A stretch of 25,319 nucleotides of DNA from an uncultured Candidatus Soleaferrea sp. (GTDB lineage: Bacteria; Bacillota; Clostridia; Oscillospirales; Ruminococcaceae), in NCBI GenBank assembly GCA_964411695.1, contig CAYPLT010000001.1, forward strand, positions 1 through 25,319, in the 5' to 3' direction. Made by a program: the position numbers and the translations under genes. Positions 8,130 to 17,799 of this stretch are shown in pieces. Numbering within the stretch: position 1 is the stretch's first letter; every line of letters begins with the position of its first letter. The notes under the pieces were generated by a model, which saw nothing but the letters and a program-made list of their open reading frames with translations, did not search any database and had not been told where the DNA came from.

Positions 8130-8897
8130 TTATTTACTTGCAACGTCAACTATAGTAGCAAAATCTTGTGCTTTAAGCGAGGCACCACCAATTAATCCAC
8201 CATCAATATCTTCCTTTGACAACAATTCGCTTGCATTCCCAGCATTCATTGAACCACCGTACTGTATTGTAGTTTTATTGGCAGTTGCTTCATCATAAAT
8301 AGTAGCAATAACTTTTCTTATGCAATGGTTAACCTCATTGGCTTGAGCACTTGTTGCAGTTTTACCTGTGCCAATAGCCCATACTGGTTCATAAGCAATA
8401 ATAACTTTGCTCATATCTTCTTTGCTAATGCCATTTAAACCTATTTTGGTTTGTATTGCAACTACGTTTTCTGTTATTCCAGATTCTCTTTCTTCTAGGC
8501 TTTCACCTACACACATAATAACTTTTAGTCCATTTTCTAAAGCAGCTTTAACTCTATTATTAACAGTTACGCTGGTTTCACCAAAATATTGTCTTCTTTC
8601 TGAATGCCCTAATATAACATATTCTGCACCAATTTCTTTCAACATTTTAGCGCTAACTTCACCTGTAAATGCACCTTTTTCTGCCCAATGGCAATTTTGA
8701 GCAGCTACTTTAATATTTGTACCTTTAGTCATTTCAACTGCTGTTTCTAAATTAGTAAATGGCACACCAATTATTACATCACAACTTGCACCTTTAACTA
8801 ATGGTATTAAATTAGATATTAATTCTTTTGCCTCAATTCTTGTGTTATTCATCTTCCAGTTTCCGGCAATAACAGCCTTTCTTAATGCTTTATTCAT
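8130..8897 (-). CDS. tpiA: Triosephosphate isomerase
   Basis: IAGNWKMN, GAFTGEVS, ILGHSERR, AYEPVWAIGTG, YGGS, DGGLIGGASL. Start set at ATG 8897 from the GGAG RBS. Confidence 0.98.
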   Translation of the reverse strand: MNKALRKAVIAGNWKMNNTRIEAKELISNLIPLVKGASCDVIIGVPFTNLETAVEMTKGTNIKVAAQNCHWAEKGAFTGEVSAKMLKEIGAEYVILGHSERRQYFGETSVTVNNRVKAALENGLKVIMCVGESLEERESGITENVVAIQTKIGLNGISKEDMSKVIIAYEPVWAIGTGKTATSAQANEVNHCIRKVIATIYDEATANKTTIQYGGSMNAGNASELLSKEDIDGGLIGGASLKAQDFATIVDVASK

Positions 8898-8913
8898 AAA
8901 TCTCTTCTCCATT

Positions 8914-9126
8914 CTATTTATTTTTAGGATTAACTATCATAACATATTGTTGATTCTTCTGATCTGTGCTTAAATAATCTTTATCATACCATTGTGAAAA
9001 AAATCTAACTACTGACTCCTCCTTTTTTTGATGCAACATTCCTACTTCCGCCACATCTCCATTTCTAAGCTTAATAACGTTTTCAATATTATAAGAATCT
9101 AGTAAAGCAAATGTCGACGTTAACAT
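8914..9126 (-). CDS. Hypothetical 70-aa ORF between pgk and tpiA; possible remnant of an exported protein
   Basis: Fills the pgk-tpiA gap on the operon strand; frame stays open upstream to 9204 with a signal-peptide-like segment; no recognised domain. Confidence 0.4.
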   Translation of the reverse strand: MLTSTFALLDSYNIENVIKLRNGDVAEVGMLHQKKEESVVRFFSQWYDKDYLSTDQKNQQYVMIVNPKNK

Positions 9127-9209
9127 GATATTGCAAACACAAAGAGAAGATATTACTGCAACAACATTTTTTATTAATAAAAAAACCTTAAAGATATTAA
9201 TTTTTCAAT

Positions 9210-10400
9210 TTATCTATCTTCTAAACAGGCTATACCAGGAAGCTCAAGTCCCTCTAAAAATTCCAAAGAAGCACCTCCGCCTGTAGAAATATGAGTCATT
9301 TTATCTGCAAAACCTAATTTGTCAACTGCAGCCGCTGAATCTCCGCCACCAATTATTGAAATTGCGTTTGAAGTTGCCACAGCTTCTGCAATTTTACATG
9401 TTCCATTTGCAAAATTGTCAAATTCAAAAACTCCCATTGGGCCATTCCAAATAACTGTCCCAGCTTCTTTGATTGCATCAGAAAATAGTTTAATAGTCTC
9501 TGGCCCAATATCCATGCCCATATAGTCATTTGGAAACTCGCCAATTTTAGCAACTTTAAAATTACTGTCATTTTTAAATTCATCACTAACAATTGTGTCA
9601 ACAGGTAATAAAAATTTTATATTTTTACTTTTTGCTTTTTCAAGCAACTGTTTTGCCAAATCTAATTTGTCATTTTCACAAATTGACTGCCCAACACCAT
9701 AACCTTGAGCTTTAAAAAATGTGTAAGCCATTCCACCGCCGACTATCAATACATCTACTTTATCTATTAAGTTATTAATTACGCCGATTTTATCTGAAAC
9801 TTTGGCACCACCTAAAATTGCCACAAAAGGTCTCTTAGGTTTTTCTAAAGCACCACCAATAACTTCAATCTCTTTTTTAATTAAATAACCACTAACAGCT
9901 GGAATGTAATCTGCTATACCTGATGTTGAAGCATGAGCTCTATGAGCTGTACCAAAAGCGTCATTAACAAAAACGTCTCCAAAAGAAGCTAATTTTTTAG
10001 CAAAATCAGGTTCATTTTTTTCTTCTTCTTTATGGAACCTTACATTTTCTAACAATACAACTTCGCCGTTCTTGATATTCTCAACTAAATTTTCTGCATC
10101 TTCTCCTATAACATCTTTAGCCAATTTCACATCTTGATTTAATAACTGCGCCAATAAGTCTCTAACAGGTTTTAAAGAAAATTCTGGTTTAAATTCGCCT
10201 TTTGGTCGGCCTAAATGAGACATTAAAATTACTTTTGCATTATGATTAATTAAATATTTAATAGTCTTTAAAGATTCTCTTACACGCTTATCATCAGTAA
10301 TAACACCATTTTGAAGAGGCACATTAAAATCGCACCTAACTAGTACCTTTTTTCCTACAACATCAATATCTTCTATTGTTTTTTTATTGATATAACTCAT
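9210..10400 (-). CDS. pgk: Phosphoglycerate kinase
   Basis: [62 protein letters not shown]. Start set at ATG 10400 from the AAAGGTGG RBS. Confidence 0.98.
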   Translation of the reverse strand: MSYINKKTIEDIDVVGKKVLVRCDFNVPLQNGVITDDKRVRESLKTIKYLINHNAKVILMSHLGRPKGEFKPEFSLKPVRDLLAQLLNQDVKLAKDVIGEDAENLVENIKNGEVVLLENVRFHKEEEKNEPDFAKKLASFGDVFVNDAFGTAHRAHASTSGIADYIPAVSGYLIKKEIEVIGGALEKPKRPFVAILGGAKVSDKIGVINNLIDKVDVLIVGGGMAYTFFKAQGYGVGQSICENDKLDLAKQLLEKAKSKNIKFLLPVDTIVSDEFKNDSNFKVAKIGEFPNDYMGMDIGPETIKLFSDAIKEAGTVIWNGPMGVFEFDNFANGTCKIAEAVATSNAISIIGGGDSAAAVDKLGFADKMTHISTGGGASLEFLEGLELPGIACLEDR

Positions 10401-10476
10401 GTTTTTATTCAACCACCTTTATAAAACATATGTATAAAAATTTTTATACGTCAATATAATTTTTACTTATAATTTT

Positions 10477-10505
10477 ATAATATACTAAACTTTAATTTTT
10501 GTCAA
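10477..10505 (-). promoter_or_regulatory. Putative sigmaA promoter of pgk-tpiA
   Basis: Minus strand TTGACA-17 nt-TATTAT. Confidence 0.65.
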
Positions 10506-10599
10506 TTAATTTTTCAGTAAATAAAAAATAAATTTTAAATAAGCTTGAAGAATATAATCTAAATAAAAAACAATATTTTTGTCTTAGTTAGTGTATTAG

Positions 10600-10628
10600 T
10601 TGAAAAAACAGAAGGTATCAGATATAAT
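10600..10628 (+). promoter_or_regulatory. Putative sigmaA promoter with no downstream protein gene
   Basis: TTGAAA-17 nt-TATAAT. Confidence 0.55.
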
Positions 10629-10634
10629 ATACAT

Positions 10635-10765
10635 AGTATAAATATATAAAATATGTTACGGAAGCAAGTCACTTTAGTTTTGGCATAAATAAAAAAATTA
10701 CAACAGCAAATTAAGCGCAACTCTCAAAAGCTATGGTTAACGTGGCAATTGAGAGATTTTTTATT
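10635..10765 (+). ncRNA. Candidate small RNA (~130 nt)
   Basis: Bounded by the promoter at 10600-10628 and a hairpin (CTCTCAA/TTGAGAG with inner GCTATG/CGTGGC) followed by a T-run. Confidence 0.35.
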
Positions 10766-10933
10766 TATTTTGACATAAAAATTATAGTAAAAAATTTGTT
10801 TTTTGATGCTAGAAAAGTGATTGAAGAGAAAGGGTTTCTTAATTTTTATAGAAAATTAAAAAGTAAAAAATATTTAAATTACATTGCAAGCAGTTTTTGC
10901 TTTATTAGTGAAAATAAAAATGTAAATAAATAA

Positions 10934-10962
10934 TTGCAATTTTTAATGTACGGTGTTATAAT
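10934..10962 (+). promoter_or_regulatory. Putative sigmaA promoter (extended -10) of the degV...gltX cluster
   Basis: TTGCAA-17 nt-TATAAT with TG preceding the -10. Confidence 0.7.
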
Positions 10963-11082
10963 AATGTTAGTAATAATAAAATTAAATGACAATTTTGTGT
11001 TTGTTTTTATTGTTAGTATTTTGGAGCTTAAAATAAATGGACGATTTTATATGAGTTAAGCTCAGCAAAAGGAGTTATTAAG

Positions 11083-11955
11083 ATGATAAAATTTATAACT
11101 GATTCAGCTAGTGACATACCTGAAGAATATGAAAAAGCTTTAGATATTAAAATTATGCCGATACCAATTACAATAGGAGAAAAAGGTTATTACGAACGTC
11201 TAGATTTTACATCTGATGAATTTTACAAAATTTTAAATGAGTCAGAGCAGATACCGGTTACTTCTCATATTAACATGCTTCAATTTGGTGAAGAATACAG
11301 TAAGGCTTTTGAAGCTGGGTATGATGAAATAATACATGTTACAATTTCTTCGACTGGTTCTGCTATGTTTGAAGCAGCACAAACAGCAAGAGAGATGTTC
11401 TACAAAAAAGATGAATATAGACGAGAGAAAATTAAAATACATGTTATAGATTCAAAAACTTACTCATACGGATATGGTTTTGCTGTTGTTAAGGGAGCTA
11501 AAATGGCAAGAGAAGGTAAGACCGCAGAAGAAATTTTAGCTTTTATGAATGATTATTTTAGACGGGTGGAAGTTTGGTTTTCTGTTTGCTCTTTAAAGTT
11601 TGCAAAAAAATCTGGAAGAATTGGTGTAGCGGCTAGTTTTGTAGGAGAAATGCTGGGTTTAAGACCAATTATTTCGATAATAGACGGTAAAATGAAGATT
11701 GTAGATAAGGTTAGAGGAGATAAAAATATTCCGCTTAAACTGGCTCAAGTCATGAACGAAAACATCGATGAAAATATGAAAGATTACAGCATATTAGTTG
11801 GCGCAGTAAATAATATGGGTGATGAGCTGGAGGAAATTTGTGAAGATTTTAAAGATAAAAAATTAACTGGTCAATTTAAAGTTGGTGCAAGTGTGGCAAT
11901 TAATTCGGGTCCAGAAGTTTTAGGCATTGCATTTTTAAGCAAGAATAGAAGGTAA
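11083..11955 (+). CDS. DegV family fatty-acid-binding protein
   Basis: ITDSASD, PVTS, VIDSKT, KSGRI, LRPII, INSGP. Confidence 0.93.
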   Translation: MIKFITDSASDIPEEYEKALDIKIMPIPITIGEKGYYERLDFTSDEFYKILNESEQIPVTSHINMLQFGEEYSKAFEAGYDEIIHVTISSTGSAMFEAAQTAREMFYKKDEYRREKIKIHVIDSKTYSYGYGFAVVKGAKMAREGKTAEEILAFMNDYFRRVEVWFSVCSLKFAKKSGRIGVAASFVGEMLGLRPIISIIDGKMKIVDKVRGDKNIPLKLAQVMNENIDENMKDYSILVGAVNNMGDELEEICEDFKDKKLTGQFKVGASVAINSGPEVLGIAFLSKNRR

Positions 11956-11966
11956 AGGAGAAAAAA

Positions 11967-13127
11967 ATGAAAATAGCATTATTTTCTGAAACATATTTTC
12001 CAGAAGTAAATGGTGTGGTTTCTCATGTGAAGGTTTTAAAAGAAGGGCTAGAACAACTGGGGCACAAAGTTTTGGTTGTTACAACCGATACCAACACTCA
12101 CAGGCATTATGTTAAAAATGGAGTGTTATATTGCCCAGGAAAAAAAATGAAAAAAGTTTATGGATATGGTGTAGCATTGCCTGTTAGTAGCAAACGTTTT
12201 AAATATTTAAAGGATTTTAACCCTGATGTAATTCATATTCACACAGAGTTTGGCATAGGTTTATTTGGGCTATTTACTGCAAAAATATTAAAGAAACCAA
12301 TAGTTTACACTTTACACACAGTTTATGACGAATATCTTTATTATTTAGTTCCAGAAATTTTAACAGAGGCAGGTAAGCGTATTTTTTATCAGTATATAAG
12401 AAAAATAGCTAAGCATGCTGATGTGATTATTGGACCTTCAAAAAAAAGTGAAGATTTTTTGAGAAGAGCAGGTGTATATAAAAAATTACAAATTGTGCCT
12501 AATGGTGTAGATACACAAAAATTTTCTCCTCATAATGTTACCAAGCAAGATAGAAATAATATTCGGGCTCATTACAATATACCAGAAGATTGTGTGCTTG
12601 GTTGCACCATCACAAGGCTTGGTAAAGAAAAAAGCATAGATGTGTTAATTAAATATTGCAAAGAATATATGCAAGAAAATAAGAATTTTTATTTGATGAT
12701 TGTAGGAGATGGACCGGCTAAAAACGATTTACAGAAGTTGGCTGTAGATTTACATATAGATGATAGGGTTATTTTTGTCGGTAAAATTCTGAATAAAAAT
12801 ATTGTGCCTTTTTATGGCGCAAGTGACGTTTTTATGATGACTTCTCTTACAGAAATCAATTCAATTTCTATGTTAGAGGCAATGTCTATGGGATTGCCTG
12901 TGTTGCAACGGTATGATGAAATTAATAAAGACCAAATCATAGAAGGAGTTAACGGTTTTACTTTTTATGATGAAAAATCTATGGCAGATTGCTTAAATAA
13001 AATAATTAATATGCCACCTAGTGATTTTTATAAATTGAAAACTAGCGTGAGAGAAAGTGTTATTAACCAGAGTGCAACAAATGTGGCAAAAAGTATTTTG
13101 AGCAAGTACCCAGTAAAATGTAATTAA
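11967..13127 (+). CDS. Glycosyltransferase family 4 (diacylglycerol glucosyltransferase-like)
   Basis: MKIALFSETYFPEVNGV, IHIHTEFGIG, YTLHT, VPNGVD, RLGKEK, VGDGP, E-x7-E (EINSISMLEAM). Confidence 0.9.
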   Translation: MKIALFSETYFPEVNGVVSHVKVLKEGLEQLGHKVLVVTTDTNTHRHYVKNGVLYCPGKKMKKVYGYGVALPVSSKRFKYLKDFNPDVIHIHTEFGIGLFGLFTAKILKKPIVYTLHTVYDEYLYYLVPEILTEAGKRIFYQYIRKIAKHADVIIGPSKKSEDFLRRAGVYKKLQIVPNGVDTQKFSPHNVTKQDRNNIRAHYNIPEDCVLGCTITRLGKEKSIDVLIKYCKEYMQENKNFYLMIVGDGPAKNDLQKLAVDLHIDDRVIFVGKILNKNIVPFYGASDVFMMTSLTEINSISMLEAMSMGLPVLQRYDEINKDQIIEGVNGFTFYDEKSMADCLNKIINMPPSDFYKLKTSVRESVINQSATNVAKSILSKYPVKCN

Positions 13128-13174
13128 TTAAAAATTGAGTTTAGATATAAAAAATCATAGAGGAGGCAAAACAT

Positions 13175-14551
13175 ATGAAAAATTACGATGTTGTTATTAT
13201 TGGTGGCGGTATTAGTGGGTTGATGATGGCTTACAGGTTAGTTAAAGGAGATAAAGATATTTCTGTTTGTTTGATTGAAAAAGGTAAACAGTTAAAAGAC
13301 AGAAAATGCCCAATAGTTACTAAGCAGGTTAGAACATGTGCTAAATGTAAGTCTTGTGCAATTATGGAAGGAATGGCAGGCGCTGGAGCTTTTTCTGATG
13401 GGAAATATATTATTTCAACAGAGTATGGCGGATGGTTGCCAAACATTTTAGATGATGATGTTGTTATAAAATATATTGAAGAGGCTGATAAAATTTTAGT
13501 TTCTTGTGGAGCAACAACAGAACGTTATCAACCCAACAATGAACTTAAAAAGCTTTGTTTACAACATGACCTTCATATGCAACAGGCAGAAGTTAAACAC
13601 TTAGGTACAGACAGTAATTTTGCAACTATGCAAAAATTAATTGCAGAGCTTTCTTCAAAATGTGAAATTATGACAGAATCTTTAGTTGCAGATGTAGATA
13701 AAAATACGAAAGAAGTCACAGTAAGCAGTAAAACAGGTGAAGAAGTAATTAAAGGTGATAAAATAGTGTTTGCAGTTGGTCGTGCCGGAATAAAATATTT
13801 TGCAAATTGGTGCTCAAAAAATAATATATCACTTACAAATAATCAGGTAGATATAGGGGTTAGAGTTGAGCTACCAGCTATTATTTGGGAAGATTTTTCT
13901 AAAAAAATCTACGAACCTAAAATTTGGTACAGATCACAAAAATATAATGATGTTACTAGAATGTTTTGCTTTAATGACAGAGGTAGCGTAGTTACAGAAA
14001 ACACCGACGGTATTTTGACTGTTAATGGGCATGCTTACAGAGGTAAAGAGAGAAAAACAGAAAATTCAAATTTTGCTTTGCTTTCAACTATCAGGTTTAC
14101 TCAGCCGTTTAAACATCCAATAGATTATGCAAGACATGTGGCTCAGTTGGGTAATTTGATTAGCGGTGGTAGCATATTAGTTCAACGTCTTGGAGATTTA
14201 GTAAGCGGAAGAAGAACAGATGAAAAGAGGCTAAAACAGTCAACAACTCGTCCAACACTTAATGCAGTGCCAGGAGATTTGAGTTTGTGTTTGCCAAAAA
14301 GACAGTTGGAAAATATTGTTGAAACTCTTTATGCTTTGGACAAAATTGCACCAGGAACGGCTAATTACAACACTTTACTTTATGGCATAGAATGTAAATA
14401 TTATTCAGCTAGACCACAGTGTAATGATTTTGAAATAGAAGGATGCAAAGATATTTATGCAATAGGTGATGGTGCGGGATTTACTAGGTCGTTATCTCAA
14501 GCAGCAGCAAATGGTCTATATGTGGCAGATAAAATTTTGAATGAAAAATAA
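13175..14551 (+). CDS. FAD-dependent oxidoreductase (uncharacterised dehydrogenase family)
   Basis: IIGGGISG Rossmann motif, Cys cluster CP...CAKCKSC, GAGAFSDGK, VDIGVRVE, GDGAG. Confidence 0.88.
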   Translation: MKNYDVVIIGGGISGLMMAYRLVKGDKDISVCLIEKGKQLKDRKCPIVTKQVRTCAKCKSCAIMEGMAGAGAFSDGKYIISTEYGGWLPNILDDDVVIKYIEEADKILVSCGATTERYQPNNELKKLCLQHDLHMQQAEVKHLGTDSNFATMQKLIAELSSKCEIMTESLVADVDKNTKEVTVSSKTGEEVIKGDKIVFAVGRAGIKYFANWCSKNNISLTNNQVDIGVRVELPAIIWEDFSKKIYEPKIWYRSQKYNDVTRMFCFNDRGSVVTENTDGILTVNGHAYRGKERKTENSNFALLSTIRFTQPFKHPIDYARHVAQLGNLISGGSILVQRLGDLVSGRRTDEKRLKQSTTRPTLNAVPGDLSLCLPKRQLENIVETLYALDKIAPGTANYNTLLYGIECKYYSARPQCNDFEIEGCKDIYAIGDGAGFTRSLSQAAANGLYVADKILNEK

Positions 14552-14584
14552 TCTCTTATTTTCAATAATGTATGGAGGTTAAAT

Positions 14585-15631
14585 ATGAAATTTGATTTTA
14601 GTCAATTGTTAGGTCAAAATACGGCTGTAATCCTAGAGAATCCGATAAATATTAGATATTTAACGAATTGCCAAATTGATGACGGTTTTATGTTAATATG
14701 TGAGCAAGGTAAGTTTTTGTTGGTAGATGACAGGTACTTGTTAGATGCCGAAGTACAAGATGATATTGAAGTTGTTAGACTAACTAGCTTTAATAAACAA
14801 ATACCACAGTTAATTGATAAGTTTCGCGTGAAACATATTTTGTTAGAAGAAAAATATGTTACTCTAAGCAGGTATAACAACTATTTAAATGTTTTGCCAA
14901 AAGTGAATGTTGATTTAACAAGCTCGGTTAGCAACTATTTATTAAATATGCGAGCTAAAAAAATGCCAAATGAAATAAAAAAAATAAAAGAAGCTCAGAG
15001 GTTAGCTGATGAAGCTTTTGCTTACATTGTAGATTATGTAAAACCAGGTGTTACGGAAAAAGAGATTGCAATTAAACTAGAACAAAAATTATTAGAGCTT
15101 GGCAGTGAAGGAAGAGTCTTTGATTTTATTGTTGTTTCAGGTGAAAGAACAGCAATACCACATGGTAAACCTACAGAAAGAGAAATAAAATACGGAGATT
15201 TTGTTACCATGGATTTTGGTGCCAAGGTAGATGGGTATTCTTCTGACATGACTAGAACACTGGCAATAGGCAAGATAGATGATGAAAAAAGAGAGGTTTA
15301 TAACATAGTTTTAAATGCGCAAAAAAAAGCTATTGATGCTATAAAACCAGGTATTACCGGTGAAAAAATTGATGAAGTTGCAAGAGAACATATTACAGAG
15401 AATGGTTATGGCAAATTTTTTACTCATAGTTTGGGTCATGGTGTAGGGTTAGATATTCATGAATTTCCTAGGTTGTTTAAGGGTAGTGATGATGTTCTGC
15501 AAGTTGGAAGCATTGTTACAGTTGAACCAGGAATTTACATACCTGGGAAATTTGGTGTAAGAATTGAAGATATGATATTAATTTCAGAAGATAAAATTGA
15601 AAATTTAACTGGGTTTAATAAAGATATTTGA
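14585..15631 (+). CDS. Xaa-Pro aminopeptidase (M24B)
   Basis: PHG, DFGA...YSSDMTRT, HSLGHGVGLDIHE, TVEPGIY, GVRIED. Confidence 0.93.
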   Translation: MKFDFSQLLGQNTAVILENPINIRYLTNCQIDDGFMLICEQGKFLLVDDRYLLDAEVQDDIEVVRLTSFNKQIPQLIDKFRVKHILLEEKYVTLSRYNNYLNVLPKVNVDLTSSVSNYLLNMRAKKMPNEIKKIKEAQRLADEAFAYIVDYVKPGVTEKEIAIKLEQKLLELGSEGRVFDFIVVSGERTAIPHGKPTEREIKYGDFVTMDFGAKVDGYSSDMTRTLAIGKIDDEKREVYNIVLNAQKKAIDAIKPGITGEKIDEVAREHITENGYGKFFTHSLGHGVGLDIHEFPRLFKGSDDVLQVGSIVTVEPGIYIPGKFGVRIEDMILISEDKIENLTGFNKDI

Positions 15632-15678
15632 TCTTTCTAAAAAAATAAATTTTTAAAGTTAAAAGGAGATTTGGTGCT

Positions 15679-16557
15679 ATGAATCAATTTGTAATTACAA
15701 CAGATAACGGGTCAGATTTAAGCAGAAGCTTAGCAGGTAAATTTGGCGTTGATATGGTGCACTTAACTGTTAATGTAGATAATGTGGAATATGACGGAAT
15801 AAACAAGGTGATAGATGTTAACAAGATATATGATATGATGAAAAAAGGAGCTACGCCTTCTACTTCGCAAGCTACGCCGGCAAAAGCAGAAGAATTTTTT
15901 GAAAAATACCTTTCTCAAGGGTTAGATTTAATTCACGTTTGTTTAAGTGGGCAAATTAGCGGAACATATAACAGTTGTAAAATAGCAGCAGATAATTTAA
16001 AAGATAAATTCCCAGAAAGAAAAATAGAAGTAATCGATTCTATTTCGGCATCGCTTGGGCAGGCTCTATTAGTTATTAAAGGGTTAGAACAGCAAAGATC
16101 GGGTAAGAGTTTTGACGAAGTTGTTGAATTTTTTAATAATATGAAACACCATATTTGCCACGTTTTTACTGTTGATGATTTAGTTTATTTGCAAAGAGGT
16201 GGAAGAATTTCTAAGTCTGAAGTAATTTTGGGGTCGTTAATAGGTATAAAACCTATTTTAAGTTGTGACAGTGAAGGTAAATTGGTTCCAATTTCTAAAG
16301 TTAGAGGTCGTCAAAAGTCTTTGCTGGCTATGATTGAAAAAATGGCAGAAGTTATTAAACCTGAAGAAAATGATGTAATTGCTATAAGCCATGGTAATTG
16401 TATTGATGATGCAAATGCATTAGCAAAACTTGTCAGAGAAAGGTTTAACATTAATGACATTATTGTAGGAGATTTAGGACCAGTTATAGGTTCACATGCT
16501 GGACCAGGTACTTTGGCAGTATTCTGTGTTGCAGGTCACAGAATAGATAGAAAATAG
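15679..16557 (+). CDS. DegV family fatty-acid-binding protein
   Basis: TTDNGSD, PSTSQ, LSGQISGTYNS, IDS, LQRGGRIS, IKPIL, IGSHAGPG. Confidence 0.95.
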   Translation: MNQFVITTDNGSDLSRSLAGKFGVDMVHLTVNVDNVEYDGINKVIDVNKIYDMMKKGATPSTSQATPAKAEEFFEKYLSQGLDLIHVCLSGQISGTYNSCKIAADNLKDKFPERKIEVIDSISASLGQALLVIKGLEQQRSGKSFDEVVEFFNNMKHHICHVFTVDDLVYLQRGGRISKSEVILGSLIGIKPILSCDSEGKLVPISKVRGRQKSLLAMIEKMAEVIKPEENDVIAISHGNCIDDANALAKLVRERFNINDIIVGDLGPVIGSHAGPGTLAVFCVAGHRIDRK

Positions 16558-16570
16558 GAGGTATTTATAA

Positions 16571-17779
16571 TTGAAGGTATTAGTTATTAATGCAGGTAGC
16601 TCATCTCTTAAATATCAGTTCATAGATATGGCTACAGAAAAGTGTTTAGCAAAAGGCTTATGCGAAAAAATTGGGCTTAGTGGGTTTATTACTCACAAAA
16701 CTAGTGATGGAAGAATTTATGAGCAAGAAACTGAGTTTGCTAACCATCAGCAAGCGTTTGATAAATTAGCGCAAATGCTTATTGACAAAAAATATGGAGT
16801 TATTGAATCTTTAAAAGAAATTTATGCGGTGGGTCATAGAATAGTTCAAGGTGCAGACAGGTTTTGTGGCTCTGTTATGATTGATGATGAAGTAATTAAT
16901 GATATAGAAGAAATTTCTGTTTTAGCGCCTCTTCATAACCCAGCACATATTATAGGCATTAAGGCTTGTATGGAAGTTTTAGGTAAAGAAGTTACTAATG
17001 TAGCTGTTTTTGACACAGCTTTTCACAATACAATACCTAAAAAAGCACATGTTTTTGCATTGCCTTATGAGTATTATGAAAAACATCATATTAGAAAATA
17101 TGGATTCCATGGAACATCGCACAAGTATGTAAGTTTAGAGTGTGCTAAAGTTATGAATAAAGATATTAAAGATTTGAAAATTGTTACTTGTCACCTAGGG
17201 AATGGGGCATCTATTACTGCAGTTGATGGAGGTAAGTCAGTTGATACAAGCATGGGCTTTACGCCACTTGATGGACTGTTAATGGGAACTCGTTGTGGTT
17301 CTATAGACCCATCGATCATACCGTATATTGCTGAAAGAGAATCTCTTAGCATTAAAGAGATTGATGAAATTATGAATAAAAAATCAGGTTATTTAGGTGT
17401 TTCTGGTGTAAGCAACGATTACAGAGATGTAGATGAAGCTCAAAAGCAAGGGAATGAACGTGCAAAATTGGTGTTTGATATGCAAAATTATCAAATTAAA
17501 AAATATATTGGTGCATATGTGGCAGCAATGAACGGTCTTGATGCTGTAGTGTTTACGGGAGGAATAGGTGAGCACTCGGTTGATACAAGAAGAGAATCTT
17601 GCAGTAATATGTCTTTTTTAGGCATAAAGATTGATGAAGAAAGAAATAACGAAACCTATGGTAGTCTATCTTTAATATCTAGCGATGATTCAAGAGTTAA
17701 AGTTTTTGTTATACCAACTAATGAAGAATTAGTAATTGCCAGAGAAACGGTTGATGTTTTGAAATCTAATAATTTATAA
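16571..17779 (+). CDS. ackA: Acetate kinase
   Basis: VLVINAGSSSLKYQ, LAPLHNP, VFDTAFH, YGFHGTSH, CHLGNGAS, TSMGFTPLDG, FTGGIGE, IPTNEE; TTG start after GGAGGT. Confidence 0.98.
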   Translation: MKVLVINAGSSSLKYQFIDMATEKCLAKGLCEKIGLSGFITHKTSDGRIYEQETEFANHQQAFDKLAQMLIDKKYGVIESLKEIYAVGHRIVQGADRFCGSVMIDDEVINDIEEISVLAPLHNPAHIIGIKACMEVLGKEVTNVAVFDTAFHNTIPKKAHVFALPYEYYEKHHIRKYGFHGTSHKYVSLECAKVMNKDIKDLKIVTCHLGNGASITAVDGGKSVDTSMGFTPLDGLLMGTRCGSIDPSIIPYIAERESLSIKEIDEIMNKKSGYLGVSGVSNDYRDVDEAQKQGNERAKLVFDMQNYQIKKYIGAYVAAMNGLDAVVFTGGIGEHSVDTRRESCSNMSFLGIKIDEERNNETYGSLSLISSDDSRVKVFVIPTNEELVIARETVDVLKSNNL

Positions 17780-17799
17780 GAAAGATGTAGGAGATTTAT

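Noticed and set aside
10733..10933. 66-aa ORF in the ORF track
   Set aside because: No RBS, starts inside a terminator-like hairpin, and has low-complexity K/F/I/N composition typical of AT-rich noncoding DNA.
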